Origin: Yuukianura sp. NJ FZ-2021
Taxonomy: Eukaryota
Length of the DNA: 64,000 bases
Reading direction: 5' to 3'
Assembly: GCA_046563655.1 (NCBI GenBank)
Contig: CM102289.1
Coordinates: 6,944,001 to 7,008,000, forward strand
A program made the translations under genes and the position numbers. Each line of letters opens with the position of its first letter. Position 1 is the first letter of the stretch. A model generated the notes under the pieces. It had not been told where the DNA came from, ran no database searches, and was given only the letters and a program-made list of their open reading frames with translations. This document shows, in pieces, positions 23,446 through 36,328 of this stretch.

Positions 23446-25130
23446 AAGATTCCAGAAAGTGGTCAATTCACCAACAATACAAAATTCTCCGAAAATTTCC
23501 TAATTAGATCTGAATACTTTTGATAATTTTTGGTAAACATAATTTCTTCACATCTTTATCTAATTTTCTAACCATAATTTCCGCCAAAAGAAATTCCTGA
23601 ACACGTTCTTAATTTTTGGTAAACATTTTTTTCACATCCAATTTATGTAATTTGCTAACCATTGTTTGCAAATTGATGGTACCGTGGTCAATAAGCCAAT
23701 AATTCATAAAAATAAGAAAAAAACGACAATTTCGAAGAACTTTTGCCAAAGTTTTGAAAAAAGCTTCTGAAGAAAGTGGCGTCTTCATTAGCCAAAGTAG
23801 CTTTCGTGCTTCTGTACATCACCAAAATTGATTTGCAAATTGCGCTACCACTTTTACTACGCAAATACATAAGTATCCGAGTGTCTATGTATAGCTACAT
23901 ATTTAGGATGTTGCAAAAAATGGTGCAAAAAATATGTAAATGACAATAGGTCCTTTCTCGGTTAACTTTTCGCAATGATTGCGAATCCTTCCAACCCTAA
24001 CCAATTCCGAGCTCTAGTGCAAATACTGTTTAAGCCCACTTCAGTTCTTCCTCCCTTCATTACCCCCGACTTGACACTAGCTTAGGCCGGGATGCTGTTA
24101 TAGCCTAACCTCCAAATAAGACTTTAACTCTCAAGTATTTATAAACGAAGGGGAAAAAGACCTTAAACACAGAATTAACTTAACACTCTCCGCTTCAGTT
24201 TCAGTCTGGACTTTCACTAGTAAACACTGTAAGCACTTTATTAACTGATCGACCTACGCCGAACAACCAATTTCCAGGTAAGCACTTCCTAAAGTCATTA
24301 TAAACGTAAGCAAACGTCATCGGCCAAATTTTATAAGAAATTCACACCTTCATCGTTTCGAAATTTTACTCAGAACCATATTTTTTCAAAATATTTTTTT
24401 CAGTTCATATTAATTTTCACTGCATTTTTAAAAAAGAGAAAGAAAAGAAAGGTGTTACCCTCATCCCACTTTTTTCTCGCTTCAAAAGTAAACTGAATAA
24501 GTTTCATTCAACCGGTTTTTTTTTACAGAAACCGGAATAGACTGTCAAGTTTTTTATCTTCCTTTTTAAGATTACATTTTACAATTTACTCAAATTCTTC
24601 TAATTTGCAAAATTTTACCATTATTACCATTTTGGTTGAAAAAGATTTTTAGGATAGGCAAAAAAGTTTTGGTTTTAACAAAATCTGTGTTATTTTTCGA
24701 GAAAAATCTTCGATGCTTTTGCGTCGTAAAAAAACGTAAAAGGCTTTAATAGCCTGAAGCAATTTTTAGTTTCCACCTCCACCCTAACTAATTGTATTGT
24801 AGGTGCAGTAAAATGTAATTATTGTTGAGTCTCCTTAAGTATAATCTTTCCGTAGCACTTCCCACTTCTGTTCTACATTGAACAGAATGTTATACTGCAC
24901 AAAATAAGTTTTGATTACTACAGTATACTGCGGCGTCCTACAACAAAAACACACCCTTTAAGAAGTAACTTTTGGGCAACGACGGATTTTTAGAAAGTTA
25001 CAATTACAGCCATCCTCTTGTGTGTTAACGAAAAGCGTCCTTTTTTTCCAGGTCGAGAAAAGTACCGTGAAAAGCCAAATTTTGGTTTCATTCAGAGAAT
25101 TTTTGAGTCCGGTTTAATTGTTCCTAAAGG

Positions 25131-27855
25131 ATGTGTGACTGGGGCTACTGCTCACACAATGGTAAGTTTTTCAATTGCTTTTTCGAAATTCATTGTCTCT
25201 GCAACTGTGTGCGTGTCAAAGGTTTAATTAAGGAAGTGGCTGGAGCGTGTGTTTGTTCAAATCTTTGTTCATGTAGGATTTAGCTGATTGTGATTAGAAG
25301 TGTCAATACTAGTATACAGGGTTATACGGACTCTGTCAACTACAAACACCCACTTAAAGCTACTTTTGTTTCAACTTTTCCAATTTCCAAGTTAGAAAAA
25401 CGGACGCTGAAAATGTGTAACAGTTTCCGTGTTAAATTTTTTGTGGTCAACTCAATTTAAAACTAACCACAACTTTTATCTCTTCTCTTAATAACACTGC
25501 GTTACTTAACTACAACTTCCTTAGCCTAGTCCACCACACGTCAAATTTAAATTTCAAGAGAAATTCTTCATTTTTTTTTGAATACTTTGAATTTAGGTAC
25601 TTACAATGTACTTTTTGGACACATTCCTGTGTGATGATTTCATGAACGGCATGTGCTTTTCGTAGAATGTTGAATGCGCTTGCGTCATTGTCTCGTGACC
25701 TAAAAGTGTGAGTAGGCAAGTACTATGAGCAAACAATTGCAAACGTTTTAGACGCTTATCTCTCAGTGTGGTGCGAAATTTGAAATTACCAAATTTGGAG
25801 TTTTGGAGATAAAAAACTTTTGTACATAAGCACTTTAAGTCTGATCAGACGCCATTGTTTATAACGTTGACCTTGGCGGCGGCCTTTGATTGACTTTAGT
25901 GTTTATGACCAGTTCACTTGAAATCGTTTATGAAATAAGCTGAAGTAGGTTTATTACAATGTTTTGATACTTTTTATTGCAAAATCGGTGATTTTAGGTT
26001 TTAGAGGTGAATTGGTATAGTATTAGCAAGAAAAAAGTAGAGTAAACACTTTTCAGTGATTTTATGTTTTTGTTGTTGTCAACTTTGTTCTTGAAAAATG
26101 GCGATTTGTCAACCATGAACGCGGAGGAATTTTTGTACATGATGCGTAGTAAATAGCAACATGCCTCGGAAGTGTTTACGTGACGTAAGGCATTAAGTAA
26201 CCGGAATGTATTGACAAGATTCGCGTCTGCCAATAACAAAATTTCTGGATTTGGCCAGAATAATTGCGGTTTCAGCCGGCATCAGCAAGCTGTCCATCGG
26301 CATACGTTCTGGAGTTGCATAGAAACAAAAGATGTTTGAAAATTTTCCTTTGTTTCATGACCTCAAAATGTCATTGAAAGTTCACATTTTGCCTAATGAC
26401 GAGTCAAACCGACAAACTGCTAATTAGAATTAACGTTTTAACAAAAGTTTCAACTGTGGTGAGGTTTTGGTTTAGGTAGATTGTAAAATTCTTGACCATG
26501 AATATTTTTTTGCATTGCACTTCCTGTAAAATTGTGTCCATGCGCGCATGAACGTTCTTTGAGGTTTTGAACTGAGAAATGTCTATTTCAATTATAAAAA
26601 GATTTCATGAAATTTTATTTCTATTTTTGTTTTAAATTGTAGGGCCTGACAAGTGGGCTGAGAATTATGCAATTGCAAAGGGACCTCGTCAATCACCGAT
26701 TGACATTCCGGAATCTTGTGAAAACGATTTCAAATTGAATTCATTCCCGCTGGCTTTTGAATATGAAACGAGAGGCAAGATGCTCATGAACACTGGAGCT
26801 GGCTTCAAGGTCAACTTTGACCGATTGAAAAATTCTTGTAAGTTTTTCAAAATTTTAATTTTTTTTTAAGTTGAAATTTATAAAACAGAATTTTGATTTT
26901 ACAGTGCTGGAGGGTGGACCACTGGATTCAAAATATCGCTTGGAACAATTGCATTGCCACTGGGGAAAAGACAACACCATTGGATCGGAGCACACAGTCA
27001 ATGGAAAATCATACCCCTGCGAGGTAAAGCACAAATTTTTCGAAAAACAAACTGATATTTTTTTTAGTTGGAATTGAAATTTCAAATTTTTTTTTCTATT
27101 TAGATGCACTTGGTTCACTGGAACTCCGAGAAGTATTCAAGTATTGATGAGGCAGTTGACAAGCCCGATGGCTTGGCAGTGCTTGGAGTATTTCTTGAGG
27201 TATGACTCAAAATTTTTGTTGAAAATTTTTTTTGTAGCTTTTCGGTTTTGAAATTTTTCGTTTCTACGCTTTATCAAAATTTTAAAACTCAAAACCTGGA
27301 ATTCTTAATTTGCAGGTTGATGAAGAAGATCACCCAGAATTGGAGAAGATTTGCGAACTTCTCAAAAAGATTCCGCATCGGGGTGACCACGTTCCTTTTG
27401 AAGCCGAATTGAGTCCACTTGGATTCCTACCAGGTAAACTTAACAATTAAAGTTAAACTTAACTAATAACTTACATTATGCAAAGTAAGTGCTAAATTTT
27501 AAACTACTGTTTTTGTTTGTAGAAAACAAAGCGTATTGGACTTATCCAGGATCACTGACCACTCCACCTTGCTTTGAGAGTGTCCAGTGGATTGTTTTCA
27601 CTGACCCCATCAAAGTTTCCGAGAAACAGGTTCGAAAATTTAGAAAATCTTTCAAAATCTACTCAGTAATTAAAAAATCACAAATTAAATTTGTCTTTTT
27701 TGTCAAATTAGTTGGAATCCTTTCGCTCCATGTTGAGTTATGGTCGCTTGGAGTCAGCTCCTGAAGATGAGTTCAACGGCAAGATTTTGACCAACTTTAG
27801 GCCACCGTTGGACGTCGGGAGTCGCACTGTCCGCGTTTGTGCTTGTGACGCATAA
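25131..27855 (+). CDS. Cytosolic alpha-carbonic anhydrase
   Basis: Exon 1 25131-25161 ([11 protein letters not shown]), 1.5-kb intron, then GPRQSPIDI. Zn ligands QLHCHWG and [38 protein letters not shown]; stop 27853-27855. Likely non-coding first exon ending at ~24277 with TATA at ~24137. Confidence 0.93.
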
Positions 27856-28481
27856 GGTGCCACTGGTGACACTGATCAAGTATTCTAGTGCTTCCTGGAA
27901 GGAAATGACCCTGACAACATTACATTACGGAGAGTACCTTTGATGAAAAACGGGAATCCAGAGTAGATTCATTCTTAGCTCATCACTTTGTGTTAGATTG
28001 AACTTTTCTGCGAAAGTTTAAATTTTGTATAACTAGTTATGTAGTTGCACATTTGCAAAAAAATAGCGCTTAAAACGACAAGATACTTGTCTGCTAGAAA
28101 ATACTTCCAAAGAAAGTAAAACGTTAGTATAACTGTAAGTTAATTATGTTAGTGGGTGTGGGACTTCCACTTGAGACATTATGTTTAAAACCACTTAATC
28201 ACCATTCCACTTGTGGGATAACAATACCACTTTTTGTTTATATTTTACAGGGTCACCTTACATTTTCTTTTGAAAATTAACACAATTAAACCACAACTGA
28301 CACAAGTCTGACATGCATTTAGATTATTTTTTTGCAAGATTTGGGACAAATTTTTAGCAAAATTATTTTTGCAAGAACGTTTGGAGTTTGTCAAGCAACT
28401 TTTGAAAAAGTTTACAAAAGTTGAAGAATTTAAAATTTGTAAGCGTCTTTTGGTTTGTTGGTTTAACTTTGAGAAAGTTTT

Positions 28482-29398
28482 TCAATCTTCCGCCAATTGC
28501 GTCGTCCCAAGCAGCACCATCACTGCAATTGCCATTAGCATGATTCCTAGCGACTGCCCATGTTTGACTCCATGGTTACAACCGTCCGTTTTACAGAAAC
28601 TGGTGCGCACAGCAAATTTTCCTCCACGTTCATCGATCGTCGACGGATGCTTGTCAAGTGCATACGACTTACTAACCAATCCGCAGTAGCGATTGACGAA
28701 CGTTGGCTTGGTGTAGTCCGCTGAACTACCGGATTCCCATTCATCTTTAGCTAAAAACATAGAAAATATGCTTAAGCACATAGTATTTAATTTCAAACTG
28801 GAATTAAGAATAATTATGGTGGGTGATTAATTTAAAATGTGGTCTTACATTTGCCTTTGACTCCTGGCGGAAGTTTTGCAGCGACATAAACGTCTTCCTT
28901 GACACAAACCCATATCTTGTCTTTCGAAACTTCGCCAGTTCCTGAGTTCCATGTTGCTTCAAACGTTACTCCACCAGTGCCACCAGAGGGAGTGCCAGAG
29001 CCACCACCACCACCACTACCAGTAGTGCCGTTTGCAGAAGAATTGGCTGATGGTCCAGGCGGTGGCGTAGTTCCGGAAGCGGACGGTGGTGGGGTTGGTT
29101 GGAGAGCAGGCGGGGTTGTGATCACAGGCGGAGCACCAGTTACGTTAGACGTTGTATTAGAACCAGCAGTGCCGTTAGGTGGCGCAACAGTGGGAGGAAC
29201 AATACCGCCACCTTTGGATGCTGCTAATAACTCAATCTTGCATTCGACCAGTAGATTTTTTCTGTCTTTCGGAAGACTGATGCAGTTGACGCTGGGATCG
29301 TTGGCGCAGTGAATACACTTCAAAGCAGCAGAAGGTTCTGCCACGTTTCCAAGAATCCAAGTGATTGAAATCCAAGTCAAAATGGTTCGAGATGCCAT
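28482..29398 (-). CDS. GPI-anchored Ly6/three-finger (quiver/sleepless-type) protein with Pro/Thr/Gly-rich insert
   Basis: Signal peptide, ALKCIHC start, CVKE, RYCG, terminal CKTDGCN, hydrophobic GPI signal. Two coding exons (29398-~28849, ~28750-28482). Confidence 0.8.
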
Positions 29399-30687
29399 TT
29401 TGATGCAAAACCTGAAATTTCAGGGAAAGGACACAAAAGTTAAAACGAATTCATAGTTAAAAGTACAAGTATCTAATATCTACAACATCATTGGTTAACG
29501 TACCGTATTCAGCGGATTCAATCCTGGTATAGCAGTGTCGGTCAGTAAAATCGCTGGTTATGAAATTCCTGACAATTTAGATACTGCGTAGTCAACGGGC
29601 TATAAATCTGATACAATCAATTACATAAAAATCAATTAGTTCAGCCCCAAAATGACCAAGTGAAGACGTTAATGTTGCGGGGAACTACAAGTTTGTACCT
29701 TGAATACGGAAAAGGAGCAAGCACCGACCACGAGGCGACAAAATGGTTGACATTTCAAAACCTTGCGTTCAACAAACGTTCGAAATGCATGTGTCATGCG
29801 TTGTCAAGGCAATGGAGGGAAAAGTTAAGCCTAAAATAAGTTTTGACGTTATGAGAAACGAGTTTTCAACGTGTTTTGACCGAAAATTTTTGGCGGTTCC
29901 AATGGCTGTTTCGTTCTTTGTTGAGATTTGCGAATTACGACGTACATTTAATCTTCTCATCTCCAGTGAATGTAGCCCCCTGTTGTAAATGTCAGCGACC
30001 CGATTAGTAATCGTCGGAGCTGGAAATCCCCGTCAAAGCAAAGCAGGATCATTAATTCTAATACATTTTCCAAGTAAAATTAATGTCATTTCACAGAAGA
30101 GTTGGGGAAACCGTAATTTTCTGGAACTGGCAATACAGATGATACATGTTAGTATTTACAGGAGATAACGCTGTCTGCTCATGCCCTACTAAAGTCAAAA
30201 CAATAATTGAAATGACATCGTGTGGTTAACTAGAAAAGATAAACTATCAATTCAATTACATTGGAACACTTTCGAACTATTACTGACATATTATTTTAGT
30301 TCAACATCCTGTCAGGATATGAAAGAATCAAAATAAGAGTTGAAAACAAACGTTTCGTCCATTTTTTTTAAAACAAATTAACATTTAATCCCCAATTCTC
30401 ATTTAAATCTCTAGATTCTGTATAATGTCCCTAATTTTATACAACTTTGTTTGCACCATGCAAGAGCTCTACACTTTTACAATGGGTAAAGAAATAAACA
30501 CAAAGGAATGAAGTTTATAGTAAGAAAAATTGCTCTAACCGTCACCTTTGCTCAAAAAATATGTGCTTTAAGTCTACTGCTGTAAGTTACAGATGAAAGA
30601 TGAAGTAAAGAGGATGGATAATTGCAAAATAAGGCAGCAAATGGAGACTTGGTAATCTTGTATGTAGAAATGTCGACGTGTCATAAC

Positions 30688-31026
30688 TCAGAGTGGTTGG
30701 TTGGTAACGACCATGCCACATCCAGCTGCCGGGGCATCATGAGACGGCTGAAAATAAATTCAGATTTAGTTTCTAGACCTCAAACTTCAACTACCGAAAG
30801 CACCAAAACATTTCATTAATCGGCAATAACGGAACTGTCTTACCGGTTCATCAACGAACTTGCAAGCATGACACACGTTGACGCAACAGGCTCCACAAAG
30901 GAGTCCCAGGACGCAGTTGATCGCGCAGTCCGATCCACATCCCCTCTTGAACCAAACAAAACCCCACGACCAGCAACAGGCCGCCGCCTTCTCCCATTGA
31001 AGAACGTCTTCACGATCAGCAACCAT
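30688..31026 (-). CDS. Small (80 aa) Cys-rich Pmp3/YqaE (UPF0057)-like proteolipid
   Basis: Exons 31026-30844 and 30747-30688 with canonical GT/AG in phase 0. Upstream acceptor at ~31033 and UTR-exon donor at ~31241. Protein: MVADREDVLQWEKAAACCWSWGFVWFKRGCGSDCAINCVLGLLCGACCVNVCHACKFVDEPPSHDAPAAGCGMVVTNQPL. Confidence 0.7.
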
Positions 31027-33853
31027 TGTGAACTGTACAACAAAGAAAATAGAAATGTATTGAAATCAAAACGTTTACAACATTGACCAATGACCACTTC
31101 CGTATTCACATTCACTTCACATTCCAGTATGGATGGAATACCATAAAATCACGGACAGAGGCAAATATGGGGGGAAATTATAATGGGGTGGGAACAGGGA
31201 TGAAGCAGACGAAGAAATTGGTGAATAAATTCATAATTTACCTTTGTTTCCAATCAAACTTGACGATGAAAGAGTCAAATCGTAGATTACACAGATGCTG
31301 TTAAGAACAATGTCGATCCGAGGATGTAACTTTGTTGACTAAAATCCTCCTTTTACCCAACGACTCCTGTTTCCTGTAGAGTGTATACGAAGAAGATTTG
31401 CTGAAGATCCTATGCTTTTCGTGTCTCGTTTTGTTTGTCCTTTCGTAGTTCCTGGAGCGAGAGAGTAGGAGAAAAGGGGGTGGTTTTGCGAGGCGATTCA
31501 GTGGCGGCATTGTGATGACTGGCTGGAAACGCTAAAAATCCACCCCCGACATGAGAGGGACTCTGGGCCATGCGCATGACAGACATTTAGTTTGGTTTTT
31601 TAAAAGTAAATTATTAAAGCTAACTTCCTCGGTCTCACTCTTGCAATTAAATCGGTCAGAAGATTATCCCGAAATCGTTTTATCAACTTGTGGTTTGTTG
31701 GGTATCATTCCCAAATTTTTTGCGTATACTTTAATTAGTAAATCACAACATTATGCATCGGCATCTTATTGAGTTGACTTCTCTTGACCTGTCTAAATCT
31801 GTTTACTTCGGAAAACCTAAACTATCGTTCAATTAAATTTTGGGAGTTTCCATTATTACAGCTGGAAATTATTATTCGGCCCTGCAAGCATCTCACCTGG
31901 ACCAAACAAGGATAGAGGCATCGGCAATACAAAGTGTTGTTTATGCATTCTGTATCTGTATTCATCTAGCACCACCTCCGTTTTTATCTGCCGCAAGATC
32001 GCATACCCATTCAATTGTTTTTTTTTGTGGGAGGTGGGATACAGGATACACCATTTCCATCATTCCATATTCCATCCCTTTTTAGTTTTTGCAACAATTT
32101 TGAAGTTTAGTATGTATGCCCTACCTAACAACCTTGGCTAAAAACTGGCTAATAACGAAATTAAAAAGTACAGGAAACCAAAATATGTACAGTTGGATGG
32201 CGTGTAACCCCTTGCGGGCATGACGAAACTGGCGTACCAAATCAACCCAGTAATGCCATGAATTTTTATGTACACGAATTTTGCAATAATAACAATAAAA
32301 CTGCCGAAGATGCGAATATTAAGTCATGCCAATTTTTACATTCTGAATTCTTAACTTCCTCGTCCAGACGCAAAACTAAATGACTCGTTTTAGTTTCCAA
32401 TTTAGAAAGATGAGGGAGTCTGTGGCGTGGCCTTGGACCATCTGAAAATTGAACTAAAGAAAATTGTTTTTATTGCTTGCCGCTCAAGCAAGCTTAAACA
32501 TGTTTTTAAAATAAGGCTTAATACAACGCGAATTTCGGAATACGTCAAACGAAGAGGACACGCACACGGTTTAGCGAAATTGCAAAAATCGATATCCTCA
32601 CAATTTGTTCGTGTTCTGTTGTCATCAATAATTTATAATTCAAGAAGTTACTTTTCGTGGAATACTTGGAAGGATTTAAAGTTAAAGTAAAAGCGTCAGC
32701 AGTTCCAAGTTATCCATTAAATTCTCTAAGTAAAGTTTAGTTTAGTCACACTGATAAGAAGCCACAATGAATCATAACTGCGTGTCTGCATTATGTTGCT
32801 GACATGACATTGAATCATTCGATAGAAAAGGCGAGTTAAAACAGATATTACAAAAGTTCACTTAACAGCAACAGCGTCGGTTCGGAGGTCATGGAAGTTT
32901 ATGGACATTTTATTTTTAAAGCGTCTGTGACTGCTCTGGTATTAACATTTTTTTGTGAATAACAAAAAATACTTGGTAATAATTTTTAATCAAAATCAAG
33001 GACAACAGGCTCTTCGAAACCTAAATAATAAATCCTTTTGTTCAACTTAAACTGACTTTAGGGAATAAAAAGTTTACCACTTAAAAGCCCTTAGTCTCGA
33101 GTTTGACCTCGAAATGCCAAAAGCAACTTACTGATGTCTAAACTCTCGAATTGCCTTGGGACAAGATATTTACAGTCTTCTACAATAAGTCGAGGTCATT
33201 TTTTATACAAAGAAAAAAAATGGTTGTAAATACACATGTGGCAATTGGCAAATATAAGTGCATATCTATACATTAATCTGGATTTTTTTCTTTGTCATAC
33301 CCTATTTCACGGCGTATACAGCCCGCTTATCTTATGTTTTTTCCCTCTCCCCCCGGCAAAATGGTACACAGAAAAATTTCTGGGTTTTCATTTGAATTTA
33401 TTCCCCATTTTAATTTAATGTGAGCGGGGTGCGAGATATACGCTGTGAAATATGGTACTAAAGGCGACAAATATTCTATGTGGTTCTTCGTTTAGAAAGT
33501 GTCGATACGATAGATACACTGTTAGAATTTAAGCAATCGAATGGCAGAAAAAAAAGAGACACATGAGGAGTTATGAGCAACAGACTTTACCTGAAGAAAT
33601 AAGCGTAATTCACATTAGAAATGCTATTTAATTAAATACATAACCTTTTTCTAGAAATCGAATTTTAAGTGAACGAGTTCCAAACGGAGCAAATAAATGC
33701 CGATGTGGATATAATACTCAAGCGACTGTGGATTGATTTTTCGCGAAATGTAAAAGTCAAGACAAAAAAAACTTAAGATTGATTGGAATTGTTTGGTTGG
33801 CGATTCTGTTTCAGTATCCTGCTCATTTTTCAATCGTGCTATCACTGCTAAAC

Positions 33854-34509
<656 letters not shown>

Positions 34510-36328
34510 TGCAGATAGTTCGTTTGCCTCGAGGTCAAACAGAGAACGACGGAGACCAGATTTAGCAACCCAGATGAAGACTTGTAACACTCCTAGTACT
34601 CCTTGTTATAATAATCTAAAACAAAAAATAACTCGAATTAGATAAGATTTGTTGGATTAGTTATCCTGGTTCAGCTCAGGTTTTTGATCACCAGCAAAAA
34701 CAGCTGACTGCTAAGATAACAGACAAATGTCCACTTTCAATGATAGTACATGAGTAAATATAACTTTATGCTTTTCTAACCATACAAAAGCGAAAAAAAA
34801 TTACCTTTTAGCAGTTGAACTAATGCGATGAGCAACGGATTTAATTTTTCCAATAACCAATTTCACCCGGTGAACTTTAATTCAGAATTGAGCGAATTTA
34901 CTTGCCCGTTGCCCGTTCCCCAAAAGTAAGCACAGCAAATGCGTGTCGCGTTCGCGTTTTATGAAAAAAAAAATTAAACCCGACGCCACAGTCTGTCCCA
35001 ATTACTTCGTCACCCAACTCAGTCGGTTGTGGTAATGACGCTAGGTCGCTGAAACACGGGTCACTGCTGGTGCTGGTGTGTAGACCTTTTCGAAAGTCAT
35101 GTCATTGAGTTTTTTCTTTGGCTAGGACATGTATTCCGCTATTACTAATGATGTGGTCGTCAAACTTGGTTGTCTCAGCGCTGACCATTTTTTATGGAAT
35201 ATTGACAACTTTTTTTTTTGAACTATCAAGTCATTTTATGTACATTGCGACGTTTTTGCACTCTTTCTGAAAATAATACGGAATACAAGTTATTGCAATA
35301 CATTGACAATTTAAATGGGAGAAAAAATTTGCAATCGCTAATCGCTGGGTGTAATTTCGGTGAGATAACGTTTCCGCTAGCATCAATGTTATGACTTAAA
35401 AGTGTGATTTCGAACTCGCAACATGGTCCCACGTAACAAAAAGTTTCGAAAATCTGTATGTTATCATATCAATTAAAATTCAGAGTAATGAATTCTAAGT
35501 TGGATGGAAGCTGGAGATATGAACTCCGCTTACATCTATGGGGTCAACATTCTCGCCAACGGCGGAGCGGAAACTCAAGTAGCTAGCGACCATGTTGCTT
35601 GTGGCACTTACTGTCACAGACTTAAAATCTGATCTTGCGCATTGATAATGCCTCCCAAGCTAAATATTTTACTCGTACTTTTACACTCATGAGAATGATT
35701 CTTGTAAAGTTTGCAAATAACTAATGTCAAAAATTAGCACAAGTACAACCCTTCAACGATACACGAATATTTGAACTCATTGATCATTGATTATTACATA
35801 TTAGTTTACGTAATGCATAGAGCGCAGCGCTTGACCGTCATTTCCATTGGTCATTGTTTGAAAAGCCTGGTAGTTTTCAGTACAAAACTTTGAATAAAAA
35901 TTGCACGCGGGAAATCCGCTTGAAGCGGTATTTATTATTTTTTTCCATTGAATAATTTTTTTTTAATTCGGGGTCGGACTTCGACGACGGAAGGCGACGG
36001 GCTGCGTTGTAGCTTGTTGCTTAGTTTGATCATTCGATTTGGTCAATTTGTTTTGTGGAGTTTGGGTTTGGTTTCTTTTTGACCTTCTTTGTTTGTTTTC
36101 CCGAACATCTGTATTGATTTGTTGATCAGTGTTATCTAGATCCGCAGTTCGGTTGATCTCATTTATACGGAGGGAGGAATCGGAGGAACTGCTTGTCCAA
36201 AAACGTAGTTTGGTAAGTTCATAATCTGATTCTCTCATCGTGTCGTCCGTGTGTCGTGTTATAAAGTTAATTAAATTGCCTTGTGAATCTTTTTCTCATA
36301 GCAGCGTTCCGGTACAACAGACGAAGCG

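Noticed and set aside
35490..35632. Short frame ILANGGAETQV resembling CHAF1B RLATGGSDSHV
   Set aside because: Similarity is too short to distinguish from chance.
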